From: Ministeria vibrans ATCC 50519
Lineage: Eukaryota > Protista > Filasterea
NCBI GenBank assembly: GCA_943704425.1
Contig: CALSCP010001075.1
Location: forward strand, 1 to 36,645
Direction: 5' to 3'
Length of the DNA stretch: 36,645 bases
The notes beneath the pieces were generated by a model. That model saw only the letters and a program-made list of their open reading frames with translations. It ran no database searches and was not told the origin of the DNA. The translations under genes were made by a program, and so were the position numbers. Shown one piece after another: positions 1 through 9,835 of this stretch; the first letter of the stretch is position 1; every line of letters starts with the position of its first letter.

Positions 1-102
1 GAGGAAACACGAGTTCTCTTCCGAACACTCAAGTTAAGCTCGTGCAAGCCTTCGCAAGTAATATCGTGGGAGACCAGATGTGAACGGGGGGTGTCGCACA
101 CC
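1..102 (+). rRNA. 5S rRNA gene, copy 1 (5'-truncated by window edge)
   Basis: Identical to the 3' 102 nt of the copy at 1045. Contains 5S hallmarks (CCGAAC, AAGTTAAGC box A-like, GTGGGAGACC box C-like) and is followed by an oligo-T Pol III terminator. Confidence 0.9.
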
Positions 103-596
103 TTTTTTTGTTTGGTTTGCATTGTTTTTTGTTTTTTTTTTGGATTTTAGTTGATCATTCATTCACCTGTGTACTTCGGTCGATTCTTCGCTGTTCATCT
201 GAATTAATTATTTTGATGTTGCAAAGCGTGAAGACCACACTTGGCACACTACGGGGCACAGGTTTATCGTTGAGTGAAGAGTGACGACGTCACTATACAC
301 TGTATTGTATACCTTCTTCATTCACTCATAATTGTTGTTGCCACTTGAGATACCTTCTCGTTAATCCCGTTATTTATTCCCGTGCAATCAATTACTTCAG
401 TGTAACATCACAGTCTGTGCCACTAATCACTACATATATATTTTTTTGTTTTGTTGACTTTCTAATTCTTTTCCTTCTTCTGTTTCATCTCACGCCAGAA
501 GACGCAATTGCGTTTCATAAATGGCTACTGCGAGAAGCCGAAAACTGCTCGTTTGACTGTTGACTGTTGAGTTAATGATTTTAGTGCTTATTCAGT

Positions 597-658
597 TTTG
601 GATCATGCGCTCTGCACGTTTTGGACACACACGCGCGGTGCAGAGCGCATGATCCAAA
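597..658. repeat. Perfect 21-bp inverted repeat (hairpin, 20-nt loop) in the 5S spacer
   Basis: TTTGGATCATGCGCTCTGCAC (597-617) is the exact reverse complement of GTGCAGAGCGCATGATCCAAA (638-658). Confidence 0.95.
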
Positions 659-1044
659 TGGGATTGTAAATTTGGAATGAATCTAATTTCTGAATTGAAT
701 GCCAAGTATTCTACAGGATTTATTTACACGCAACAGCTTACAGCAGACAGCTGACTGCGAATTTTACAGATCACGGGCCACGGCAGGGATATCATTTGTA
801 TGATGAACATTATCCACATGTCGTCTCACAGTGATCTTCTCATAATTACCCAAACATTCAACAGCTCACATTAGGAATGCCAGAGCCCAGAAGATCTTAT
901 TTCCGTTACTGTATGATATCTCTTTTGGTTCGATAGGTTCTAATGGTTCTTAAGGTTCTTGCTTGAACATATATTCAAAACTAAAACACACGCGGTGTCG
1001 TTTTAAAATGAGGGTTTGATGCACAAAAGGACGCCTTTGTCCTT

Positions 1045-1162
1045 GTGCGTCCATATTCACGAGGAAACACGAGTTCTCTTCCGAACACTCAAGTTAAGCT
1101 CGTGCAAGCCTTCGCAAGTAATATCGTGGGAGACCAGATGTGAACGGGGGGTGTCGCACACC
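1045..1162 (+). rRNA. 5S rRNA gene, copy 2
   Basis: 118 nt, GTGCGTCCATATT...GTGTCGCACACC. Terminal stem GTGCG/CGCAC, CATA near the 5' end, CCGAAC, AAGTTAAGC, GGGAGACC, followed by a T-run. Confidence 0.92.
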
Positions 1163-1399
1163 TTTTTTTTTGTTTTCGTGTTGACATGAGTTTTTTTTCC
1201 GTTTTTTTTTATCATTAACAATAATAAGACTTAATAAAAGAAGATAAAAAGTCGTAAAACGGGTAATAAGGGTTAGAAATGGGATGAGGCTCAAGACAGC
1301 CGCAAGGACGTGACACATTTTTTTATATAATAAATCATTGTAGTAATTTTACTAGAAAACACTGAATTGGAAATGATGTCTTCTTCTTCTTCTAATATT

Positions 1400-1475
1400 G
1401 AGTTCGCAAGGCGGTCTGGCTGTGTCTTCGCGTGGTGACTGTATCATTGGTAAACTTATTTTAATGGGTTGTATT
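1400..1475. repeat. Dispersed 49-bp element plus AATGGGTTGTATT tail, copy A
   Basis: 1400-1448 matches 7967-8015 at 48/49 positions; both are followed closely by AATGGGTTGTATT. Confidence 0.9.
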
Positions 1476-1559
1476 CTTTTTCTTCTTTATTATTACTTCC
1501 CTTTCTTATTTTTTCCCCTTCTTTTATTTTTTCCCCTTCTTCTTATTATTTTCCCTGCT

Positions 1560-3497
1560 TCACTGTTCCTTTTTCTCCTCCTCTCCGTTGTCGACACTTG
1601 ACATTGGCATCAGTGCAGCAGCTGCAAAGCTTTCCTTGGAACCTTCGTTGCCATCGAGAGCCCGATTGGTAGACGCCACTCGAAACAACGGGCCACCTTG
1701 ATTAAACAGGGAAACATCCATCTCAAGCTTCTTCATCGTTGACGAAGGATGGCTTGAATCAGAGATCGTGAAGAAAGAGAACGACTCGAGGGGCGATTGA
1801 GAACTAGAATGAATTTTCATCATCGGGATGATTAACATTTGACGACGGTGTAATTCAGACGAAACATCGTCGAAAAATTCTTGCCAAAGACTTCTGGAGC
1901 TGGTCGAATAAATTTCTACTGTGCTTGCGACACGATCTTGTGAAGATTTTAGCACAAGAATCGCAGAGTAATTAATTGACGTGGAAACGGAGGTTTCGCC
2001 ATCCTCACGAGTTGTTGTTGTTGTTGTCTTTTTGTAGCCCGAAACCGAAGAATTCACCACAGGGTAAACATGAATGGAAAACCACGATATTTTGATGACA
2101 AACTGGGCAGTCATCAAAAGAGTGGAGGAGAATCGACGGGTCATGGAAGGAGACGTGAGCATGTCGTGCTCGATGGAAGCTTCAACCAGTCGAGCGTTCC
2201 GCGTGAATTGAGTGGCAATGAAATCGAGCCAGGGATAAACAGGTGATCGGCGTGTGTCCGTCCAATCCACCGCCTGGTACAACAAAAAAGCGTTCACGTG
2301 AAAAGAAAAAACCGTACTGAGCAAAGCCGTGTGGCCAATGTAGAAGTAAAAGTTCACAAGGAGAACCACCATTCCAAAACTGACCCAATAAATCGCATGG
2401 TTACGATACCACAAATTTTCCCAGTAAAACTGCGCGGTGTTAAAGCCAGCAAAGAGGGTAAAAGCAAACAGGCATCCTGACGCTAAGAAGGCTCCAAAAA
2501 TAAATTTAGTGGAAGTGGTCTTTGGTTGAATATTCATCGAAGTCCCGTTAAAATTCGAAATTGAAAGGGCGCACCCCTGGCGACCAATCCGCTTTACCAC
2601 ACGCTCTTCAGCTCTCACTGTCAAGCCAATCTCGGAGAAACTGTCTAAAGTGCCAGTGATATTCCGTTTGCCAGTTATAGGAAAATAAATTGAGCGGCAA
2701 GGCGCAAGGTTTGATTTGCTAATCCACCGAGAATCTTGCCAATGACGAAGCTTTGTGCTTAAAGAAAAGCAATCGACTTCTTCGTCACATTCTATTGGAG
2801 TTGAAATGTTATCACATTTAGCCGATTGGACAGAGTGGGATGTGGAGATCTTCGTCACAATGGGAATTGTGTGTGTCTCATTAGACAGCAAGACTATGTA
2901 GGCCAGGTGATCAGTCGTTATGTCAACCGTTTTATCGTATTCATCCAAGTGATCAGTCGTGAATATTTGAATTGGATAGGCATTCGTGCCATCTATCGTA
3001 CCAGCAAAATCAATGTTTGAAAAATTAGCGCAATATAAGCTATTGGTGTATGCAGAGCCGGACGGCAAAATAATATTTGGACCATGGTATCGGTTAAACA
3101 TATCTGCTTGGAAGTTGTCATGAAATCCAAGGAAGACAGTGGACACAACCATAACCAAAGTGGAGATAATAAAGCGTCGAGTGCGGATACAGTGAATAGA
3201 TCGTTTGATTTCAGTGTTCGCCAGTCGAGACGACACGAAATAAGAAGGCGTCAGGATTAGACGAGCAATGTAGGTGAGAAAAATCCACGCCCAAATTGCA
3301 ACGCGAGCCAGGCGCACGGCTGCGACGATGGGAATACGGTCGCCCGGAATTAGCGGCGCTGATGGTACATTCAGTACGGTGTCGATGTCATCACGAATGT
3401 TGCTTGGGCCAATCATATAAAACCAAAGCAGGAAAATGGCAATTTCCAAAATTTGATCTCCAAAATTGCTGAGAAAACTGAGTGTGAAACCTCTCAT
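1560..3497 (-). CDS. Hypothetical multi-pass membrane protein (645 aa ORF)
   Basis: Long uninterrupted ORF. About 3 N-terminal hydrophobic segments, a Cys-containing ~200-aa loop with several N-x-S/T sequons (NFS, NET, NIS, NIT, NGT), about 3 more TM segments, then a Ser/Thr-rich tail. No family recognised; the true start may lie in an upstream exon. Confidence 0.7.
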   Translation of the reverse strand: MRGFTLSFLSNFGDQILEIAIFLLWFYMIGPSNIRDDIDTVLNVPSAPLIPGDRIPIVAAVRLARVAIWAWIFLTYIARLILTPSYFVSSRLANTEIKRSIHCIRTRRFIISTLVMVVSTVFLGFHDNFQADMFNRYHGPNIILPSGSAYTNSLYCANFSNIDFAGTIDGTNAYPIQIFTTDHLDEYDKTVDITTDHLAYIVLLSNETHTIPIVTKISTSHSVQSAKCDNISTPIECDEEVDCFSLSTKLRHWQDSRWISKSNLAPCRSIYFPITGKRNITGTLDSFSEIGLTVRAEERVVKRIGRQGCALSISNFNGTSMNIQPKTTSTKFIFGAFLASGCLFAFTLFAGFNTAQFYWENLWYRNHAIYWVSFGMVVLLVNFYFYIGHTALLSTVFSFHVNAFLLYQAVDWTDTRRSPVYPWLDFIATQFTRNARLVEASIEHDMLTSPSMTRRFSSTLLMTAQFVIKISWFSIHVYPVVNSSVSGYKKTTTTTTREDGETSVSTSINYSAILVLKSSQDRVASTVEIYSTSSRSLWQEFFDDVSSELHRRQMLIIPMMKIHSSSQSPLESFSFFTISDSSHPSSTMKKLEMDVSLFNQGGPLFRVASTNRALDGNEGSKESFAAAALMPMSSVDNGEEEKKEQ

Positions 3498-4247
3498 TGT
3501 AAACTAAATAATATTATTAAAGAAAATAGCAACATTAGTGATCCTTCAGTGATCCCTGGGGCTTTTTTTGGGACTTTAGCTAATCCCCACAAAAAATAGA
3601 AGACGTCGAAGCGCCCATATACCCACCAATAGGCAATATAGCCAGTACACTCTCACATGAATCTCATGAAAGAAAAAAAAGAAAACCTTATCTCCACCTT
3701 ATCGAAACCTTATCCGCCACACAAAATCCAAACCCTTTCATACATCGCCGGTTGCACAAGAAGTGCACAACAATAACACTACACCCAGTCACCCAGTACA
3801 TCGTCTGTGCAGCACGGTAGACCGTGTCAAGCGACGGTTCTCACAACGTGTTTTTTTTCAAAAAAAAAAAAAGAGCCACATTCGACACGGCCATCCAGCA
3901 CACCTCTTACCTCTACAATCGGCAACCCAACGAAGCCACAAAGTCCAATTTACGAGTTGCGAGTGCCGACGCCGATCGAAATTACGAGAAGTGTAAAATA
4001 ATGAAATGTCGTCAACTCGGATCAAACGAACACAATTGAAACTTAAATTGGTCGAAGTACCCACTGACTCACCCAGCCACTCTCCAGTCTCCACTAATTC
4101 ACTTCTTCATTTGGTCATAAACTCGTGATTGGACTGAGTTTTTCAACTTGTGGATTCCTTGTTGTGGACCGAAATTGTAGAACCGAAAAGAAACCGAAGT
4201 ACGTCTTATACGTCTTGTGATTGCTTCTTTATCTCCTTCGCTTGGAT

Positions 4248-4248
<1 letters not shown>

Positions 4249-4282
<34 letters not shown>

Positions 4283-4291
4283 NNNNNNNNN
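4249..4291. other. Poly-C run and N gap (scaffold junction)
   Basis: About 34 C followed by 9 N directly before 5S copy 3. Confidence 0.95.
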
Positions 4292-4292
4292 C

Positions 4293-4410
4293 GTGCGTCC
4301 ATATTCACGAGGAAACACGAGTTCTCTTCCGAACACTCAAGTTAAGCTCGTGCAAGCCTTCGCAAGTAATATCGTGGGAGACCAGATGTGAACGGGGGGT
4401 GTCGCACACC
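4293..4410 (+). rRNA. 5S rRNA gene, copy 3
   Basis: Identical 118-nt unit followed by T12. Confidence 0.92.
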
Positions 4411-4672
4411 TTTTTTTTTTTTGGGTTTCGTTCTGATTATAATAATAATTATGATCGTTTTTTTTTTCGACTTTTTTTGATCATCGAAGCTGCAGTGAGT
4501 CTAAGGCTGGCCAAGACTAGCACAACTAGAGTACTAGTGCTAGTCACTACTAGTTTAACCGACTACTTGCGTTGGAAAAAGACTACTAGACTACCAACAG
4601 ACTCACTACCGCCTCAAAAAATCGAGTAGTTTCCAAGTAGTTTGTTTTCACTTTTCAATCTTACTGTTTGCG

Positions 4673-7600
4673 ATGGATACGCCACATATAGATACCCCAG
4701 AGTCCCTGGAGGTGGCAGAGAGTGTTTCAGTGACGACTACCCCTGCACGACGGGTGGACAGGACGGAGCCAGATGTTCTGTCAACCGAGAAGCACGACGG
4801 TACCGAGTCAAGCCTGACACAGTCCACCAACCCGGCCGCGGACGGCTCAGACGTTGGCGATGAACCGATGGTCGTGGAAGAAGCCCCAAAGCCCAACGCG
4901 AAGCGGTCTCGGGAAGAGATGTCTCGAAAATTGCCGATCGTGACGCTCGAGCGACAGCGCCTCGCTCTTGCTGAAGGCGAGAGCCTTGGAGAGTTCCGCA
5001 AATCGAAGAAAGCGCATATGACGTACTATCGGCGGGTCAAGAAAGGGGTCGCGTTCGCCGAGAAGGACCTGTGCGTCGCTTGTGGAGACCGCCGATCAAC
5101 ACTTCACAAAGTGGAGCCACACACACCCAGCTGCGCCGACGTTTTTACGGCAGGACCGCTGCAGAGAGCGTTTGCCCGTGGCGTTCAAGTGAAATCGTCG
5201 ACCGCCGCCTCGGCCCCTCTTTCGCAGCAGGCGTTGGCGCGCGACCTCAAGACCATGTCGCGCGAGACGCAGGCCACCATGCGTCGGCTCACTGTCCAAG
5301 CTGGTACCAAGTACTTGCTGCCGTACAGTTGGGTCGAGTGGGACGAGATGCGCGAGTTGCAGCAAATGCTGCTCGCCGCCGAACCAAGCCAACTCCGCAC
5401 TTTTTCTCGACACACGTACTGTCGTGACCTCAACGACGCCCTGGTTGTGGTACAACGCGACATTGTGGAGTCCATGGCTCGTGCAGTGCTGCAACACGGC
5501 GAGGGAGCGCTGTCACTTCAGCTGGATGGCGTTGCGACACGACGTGGTGAACTTGTTCCTTTGCTCGTGTCGTTCGTCAACCCAACAACGTCACCACCCA
5601 CACGTGCGATTGTTGTGCTGGATGCAGTCCGCACCGCCGACGAATCTGCCCGAGCTTGTGCCGACGAGTTTATCTCAACTCTGAAGCGCCTCGAGTTTGT
5701 CGAAACGCTCAAGAAGCTAGCGACGGACTCCTCAACTCCACCCTTCCCGGCTGCTACGCACTGTCTTTGTGCCTTAGCTGGAAATCCACTTCAAGCAGAC
5801 GAAGACGTTGACGACCGGAGCGACAACGATGACGACGACAATGACGACGATGACGATGACATCAACAACAACAGCTCTGCCGACGATGACGACGACGATG
5901 GTGGTGGTGGTGGTGTTCTGAGTGGTCGTTTGCGCACACCGCGTACGCCGCAGTCAGCCCCGGGGCGCAGTCGCCCGAAAGGGCTCGATAACCAGTCGGC
6001 GCGCGCCCGCTCCGCAAATGGGCGAGTGGTGCATCGACCACTTGGGCGCGCGCGACGCAGTGGCGCTGGGGACGACGACGACACCGCGACTGCCGTACGC
6101 GCTCGACAGCTGGTGGGTCTTGGTGAGGATCAAGACGACAACGAGCCACATACCGATCTGGACAAGTACCAGGCGTCCACATGCAATGGCGACGCCGCCA
6201 GTACGGAGCTCCAGCGCGCTGTGAGCTACTCCTTTGGCGCGGCGACAACCGACGGAGCCCTTGTCAACCTGCTTCCCTGTGTGGTTGACTCTCTCGGCGC
6301 TTGTACCGTCCACTGCTGCTGTCATCGCTGTAGCCTCGGTGCAAGACTTGCATTCTGCACCAAAGAACACCAGTCGATCTTTCGACCGAGTCAGCGCAGT
6401 CGCAACGCCGTCGCCCGTCTAAACAAGCTGCTCGACGACCTTGCCACTCTCTATGCGTCCGAGACCAACTTTGCCAAGTTGGACTCGCTGGCGACCACGC
6501 TGAAGCAGCCTGCGCCACTCCACATGCACTCCATCTGCGACACCCGCTTCCTTTCACACGTGCAGCTCATTGAGGCCGTGACCCGCAACATCAATTTGTT
6601 TCTCGTGATCTCTATCAAGTGCAAGAGTGAGGCACCACCTGAGGTACAATAATTCATTCATTGAGTAACTGTGGCTCATGAATCGAAAGGGGTACTTACT
6701 TACGTGTTGTGTGTTTGTGTCGGTTCCCCGTTGTAGATTCGGAATCTTTTCGTCGAGCAGACTGGTGATTTCCCGCCGTTTATGCCGTACGAAGCGCTGG
6801 AGGAGTTGCAGCAGGAGGTGTCTTCGAGGACCGAGGAGATCTTGCTGCTGGCCGAGGCCGACTACACAGACATGTTTAGTGTGCACGGTGCAATCAATGT
6901 CTTCATGGGCGAGCTGGCTGCGATTGAGAAGCAGTGTCGACTAACCGACAACGATGATGACACGCGACTGCGCGATGACTTGACCATCACACAAACCGTC
7001 GCTGTCGGTCTCCTCTACGCCTTCGGCTACTACTTCGACCGCACTCTCGACGGCGACTGGGCGAGCTTGCTCTGCTTGTCGCTGAGCCCAATGGCAGCGT
7101 CACCCGATGGTGTCAAGGTGTGCTTGACGAATCGCTGTGCCCATGTGTGGGTGCGTGACGGAACGTACTGGAACCGATTTGATAACCTCGAGCCAGAGCA
7201 ACTGCGACATCAATTGCATTTGTCTGCTTGGAAGATTTTGCGAGAGGAGCTTTGCACGCAGTACACGATTGACAACGCCGAGCACGCACTTCAGGCGAGG
7301 AACCAACTACCGGAAGCAGACGTGTGTGTGCGTGCTTCTCCGGCTACCGACGAGCACGAACCGGCCAAGAAGAAGAGGCGTGTCAAGCCAGGTAGACATG
7401 GCCGTTTATCGCTACTCGAGCAACTACACCAGAACGCGCAAGCGAGCGAGGCGGATGCTGACATCGACGATGGCTCCGCTGGCGCATCAACTTCAACTGA
7501 GACCCCTATCACGTTTGTGAGCAGGCGCGATGCGGCCGTGCAGAGTGCGTTTGAGGAATGGACGACCGGGAAGTTCGTTGGCCTGGCCAACAAGAAAGAC

Positions 7601-7870
7601 AGAACACTCCCCTTGCTCGACTTCTGGGGCAAGCAGAAGGACTGTATGCTACGACGCCTTGCATTGCGCGTCAGTAGCATGACTGTGTCCCAGTGTGCGA
7701 CTGAGAGGGTAAACAAGGTACCGAAGGAGGTGTGGCGGGGTCAGCGCATGAGCACAACGACAGCCTCTGTGGCGCGAGACACCGTGCTACAGAGCAACCA
7801 CGAGCGGCTGAAGCGTCTTGGGGCTGTCGTGGAGGGGGGCATCTTGGAGAAGTCGAAGTCACACACGTAG
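4673..7870 (+). CDS. hAT transposase, 2 exons (4673-6643, 6737-7870), ~1034 aa
   Basis: A phase-0 GT-AG intron (6644-6736) joins the 659-aa and 362-aa ORFs in frame. Motifs: LSLQLDG (D1), TTDGA (D2), CCCHRCSL (CxxH), CDTRFLS (TRW-like), and LLDFW...LRRLALRVSSMTVSQCATER (hAT C-terminal dimerisation domain, catalytic E). Confidence 0.88.
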
Positions 7871-7966
7871 TCTAATAAGACTACCGACTAGTGCGCTACT
7901 CGAGAGACTACCGACTAGAGACTACCAAAATACATTTACTTCCATGTTACCTCTAGAGGTTCGGTC

Positions 7967-8032
7967 GAGTTTGCAAGGCGGTCTGGCTGTGTCTTCGCGT
8001 GGTGACTGTATCATTAATAAATGGGTTGTATT
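7967..8032. repeat. Dispersed 49-bp element plus tail, copy B (inside hAT 3' end)
   Basis: 48/49 identity to 1400-1448. Confidence 0.9.
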
Positions 8033-8189
8033 ATTCTTCTTACTTAATTTAGAGACTATAGTCAGAGACTACAGACTACCAACTCACAAGTAGTCAAACT
8101 ATAGTCTTGACCAGCCTTAACTGCTGCACTACAGTTGATACTGTGACATAACACCAATATATTCGCTCTGGCTGGATTTAAAATTCATG

Positions 8190-8694
8190 TATTATATATA
8201 CTGTTGTCACTTGAGACTTTTCCGTAGTTCGTACAATCGATTGTGCCACTATGCTTCAAGTAGTTTGCTACCCTGTACAATATTATATGATTTTGCTTTG
8301 TTGACTTTCTTTCTTCTCGCCAGAAGAGCCAATCGCGCTTCATGGATATACCCACGAAATACCCACTACCTAGATATTGCGAGAATAGAGCGTTCGACAG
8401 TCACTCTCAGTGGGTTTACCACTCTTAGGGCTGTTCATTGGTTCAAATATTAATACGAGTCAAATTCCCGCGCGGTGCAGAGCATCCAAATAAGAATGTT
8501 TTCACTTTCTGAATCGAATGCCAAATCAATAGCTCAGGTCGAGAATATCACTAGCCACGTCACTGTCGTCAGTCAGTTCACCTTCTTCTGTTCTTGCCTT
8601 CTTGCCTCTTACCTTCTTCTTTTCAAAATTGAAGCACACACACGGTTCTGTTTCAGAATAAGGGTTTGATGCACAAAGGAGCACATTTGTTCTC
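8190..8694 (+). repeat. Diverged 5S non-transcribed spacer, homologous to ~330-1044
   Basis: Colinear shared blocks: CACTTGAGA, TGTGCCACTA, TTTGTTGACTTTCT, CGCCAGAAGA, CGCGCGGTGCAGAGC, TTTCTGAATyGAATGCCAA, AGGGTTTGATGCACAAA. Confidence 0.8.
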
Positions 8695-8812
8695 GTGCGT
8701 CCATATTCACGAGGAAACACGAGTTCTCTTCCGAACACTCAAGTTAAGCTCGTGCAAGCCTTCGCAAGTAATATCGTGGGAGACCAGATGTGAACGGGGG
8801 GTGTCGCACATC
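8695..8812 (+). rRNA. 5S rRNA gene, copy 4
   Basis: Same unit; the 3' end differs slightly (CACATCTATCTC before the T-run). Confidence 0.9.
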
Positions 8813-8910
8813 TATCTCTTTTTTTTTTGTTTCTTGTCATTTCTTTATATTATTTTGATAAAAGTTGTAATGATTGTTATTTTTTGGTTTTTTTTTGGCT
8901 CCAAACTATA

Positions 8911-8957
8911 CTAAGTAGGTAGCGATTAGCGAATAAGCGCAAAAGCTACCTACTTAG
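8911..8957. repeat. 13-bp perfect inverted repeat downstream of 5S copy 4
   Basis: CTAAGTAGGTAGC ... GCTACCTACTTAG. Confidence 0.85.
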
Positions 8958-9345
8958 ACCTTAGACTTCTTAGTCTTCCTATTATCTGTACGTAACTTCT
9001 ACTTAACAATGAGTGTAAGTTATGAATAGTAATACTTTCCGAAAGATAGAGCGCCTACTATTGACCCGTACGAGAAGAATTTAGTCTACGAATAGTCTCT
9101 ACTCGCCAAAATAATACTTTATTATGACTATAGCCTTTTCTGAATTTCATTGTCAAATAATTATAGTGAAATTAATCAAAATTAATTATTTTTTTTGCCT
9201 TTTGGTAGTTTGCATCTTGTTTTTGGGCATTAGACATTGGGCTTTTCTTGCCTGAATATCTCACGCTGTCTTTCATTCCAAAAAACACATAATTATTATC
9301 AACATTACAATACAATAATATTAATTTGCTCTCTGAACTTATTCT

Positions 9346-9740
9346 ATGAACGCCAAAATCAACGTACGGTTGCCTCGCTACTAGTGGGCGTTGAACGAGT
9401 GAGCCTAAAACGCTTCTCTCTGTGTGTCTTTTGTCATACAGGCGGCCAAGGCGGCCATTGAAACGCAGCTGGTGCACGAAGAGGAACCGATGACTCTTCT
9501 CTTTGACATGGACCGCGCTCGACGGGCTGTTCAGCGTCTGCACGTACACCCCACATGCATCAACGGTCTCTGTCTAACGAACGCACTCATGCTTATGCGT
9601 TTCTTCTGTGCAGGAGGCCTTTGGCGACAGCGGTGTCAAATCAGCGGTACGCACAAGGAGATGTGTGTCACTCACCCGCTCTCTCTCTCTCTATCACTAT
9701 GTTTCTTTCTTCCTCTCTATCACTGTGTTTCTTTCTCCCT

Positions 9741-9835
<95 letters not shown>

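Larger units (their letters stand above)
4502..8119 (+). mobile_element. hAT-superfamily DNA transposon (~3.6 kb)
   Basis: 17-bp TIRs with one mismatch: TAAGGCTGGCCAAGACT(A) at 4502 and (T)AGTCTTGACCAGCCTTA ending at 8119. Dense GACTA/ACTAG subterminal repeats at 4515-4640 and 7870-8105; encodes a hAT transposase. No 8-bp TSD is visible. Confidence 0.88.

Noticed and set aside
1400-1448. SECIS element, snRNA or spliced-leader RNA
   Set aside because: The ATGA..AA..GA on the minus strand lacks a pairing helix II; no Sm site or U1/U2/U4/U5/U6 signature recognised.
4099-4629. Poly-Pro/poly-Gly ORFs
   Set aside because: Artefacts of the poly-C run, the N gap and read-through of the 5S gene.
6644-6782. 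Transposase pseudogene (split into two ORFs)
   Set aside because: A canonical phase-0 intron at 6644-6736 restores one continuous frame.
7870-8119. Fanzor/TnpB with omegaRNA at the transposon end
   Set aside because: No RuvC or zinc-finger TnpB-like ORF is visible; the encoded protein has hAT DDE motifs.
1-8812. 118-bp direct repeats as LTRs or CRISPR repeats
   Set aside because: They carry 5S rRNA structure, internal promoter boxes and oligo-T terminators; no TG...CA ends or retroelement ORFs.
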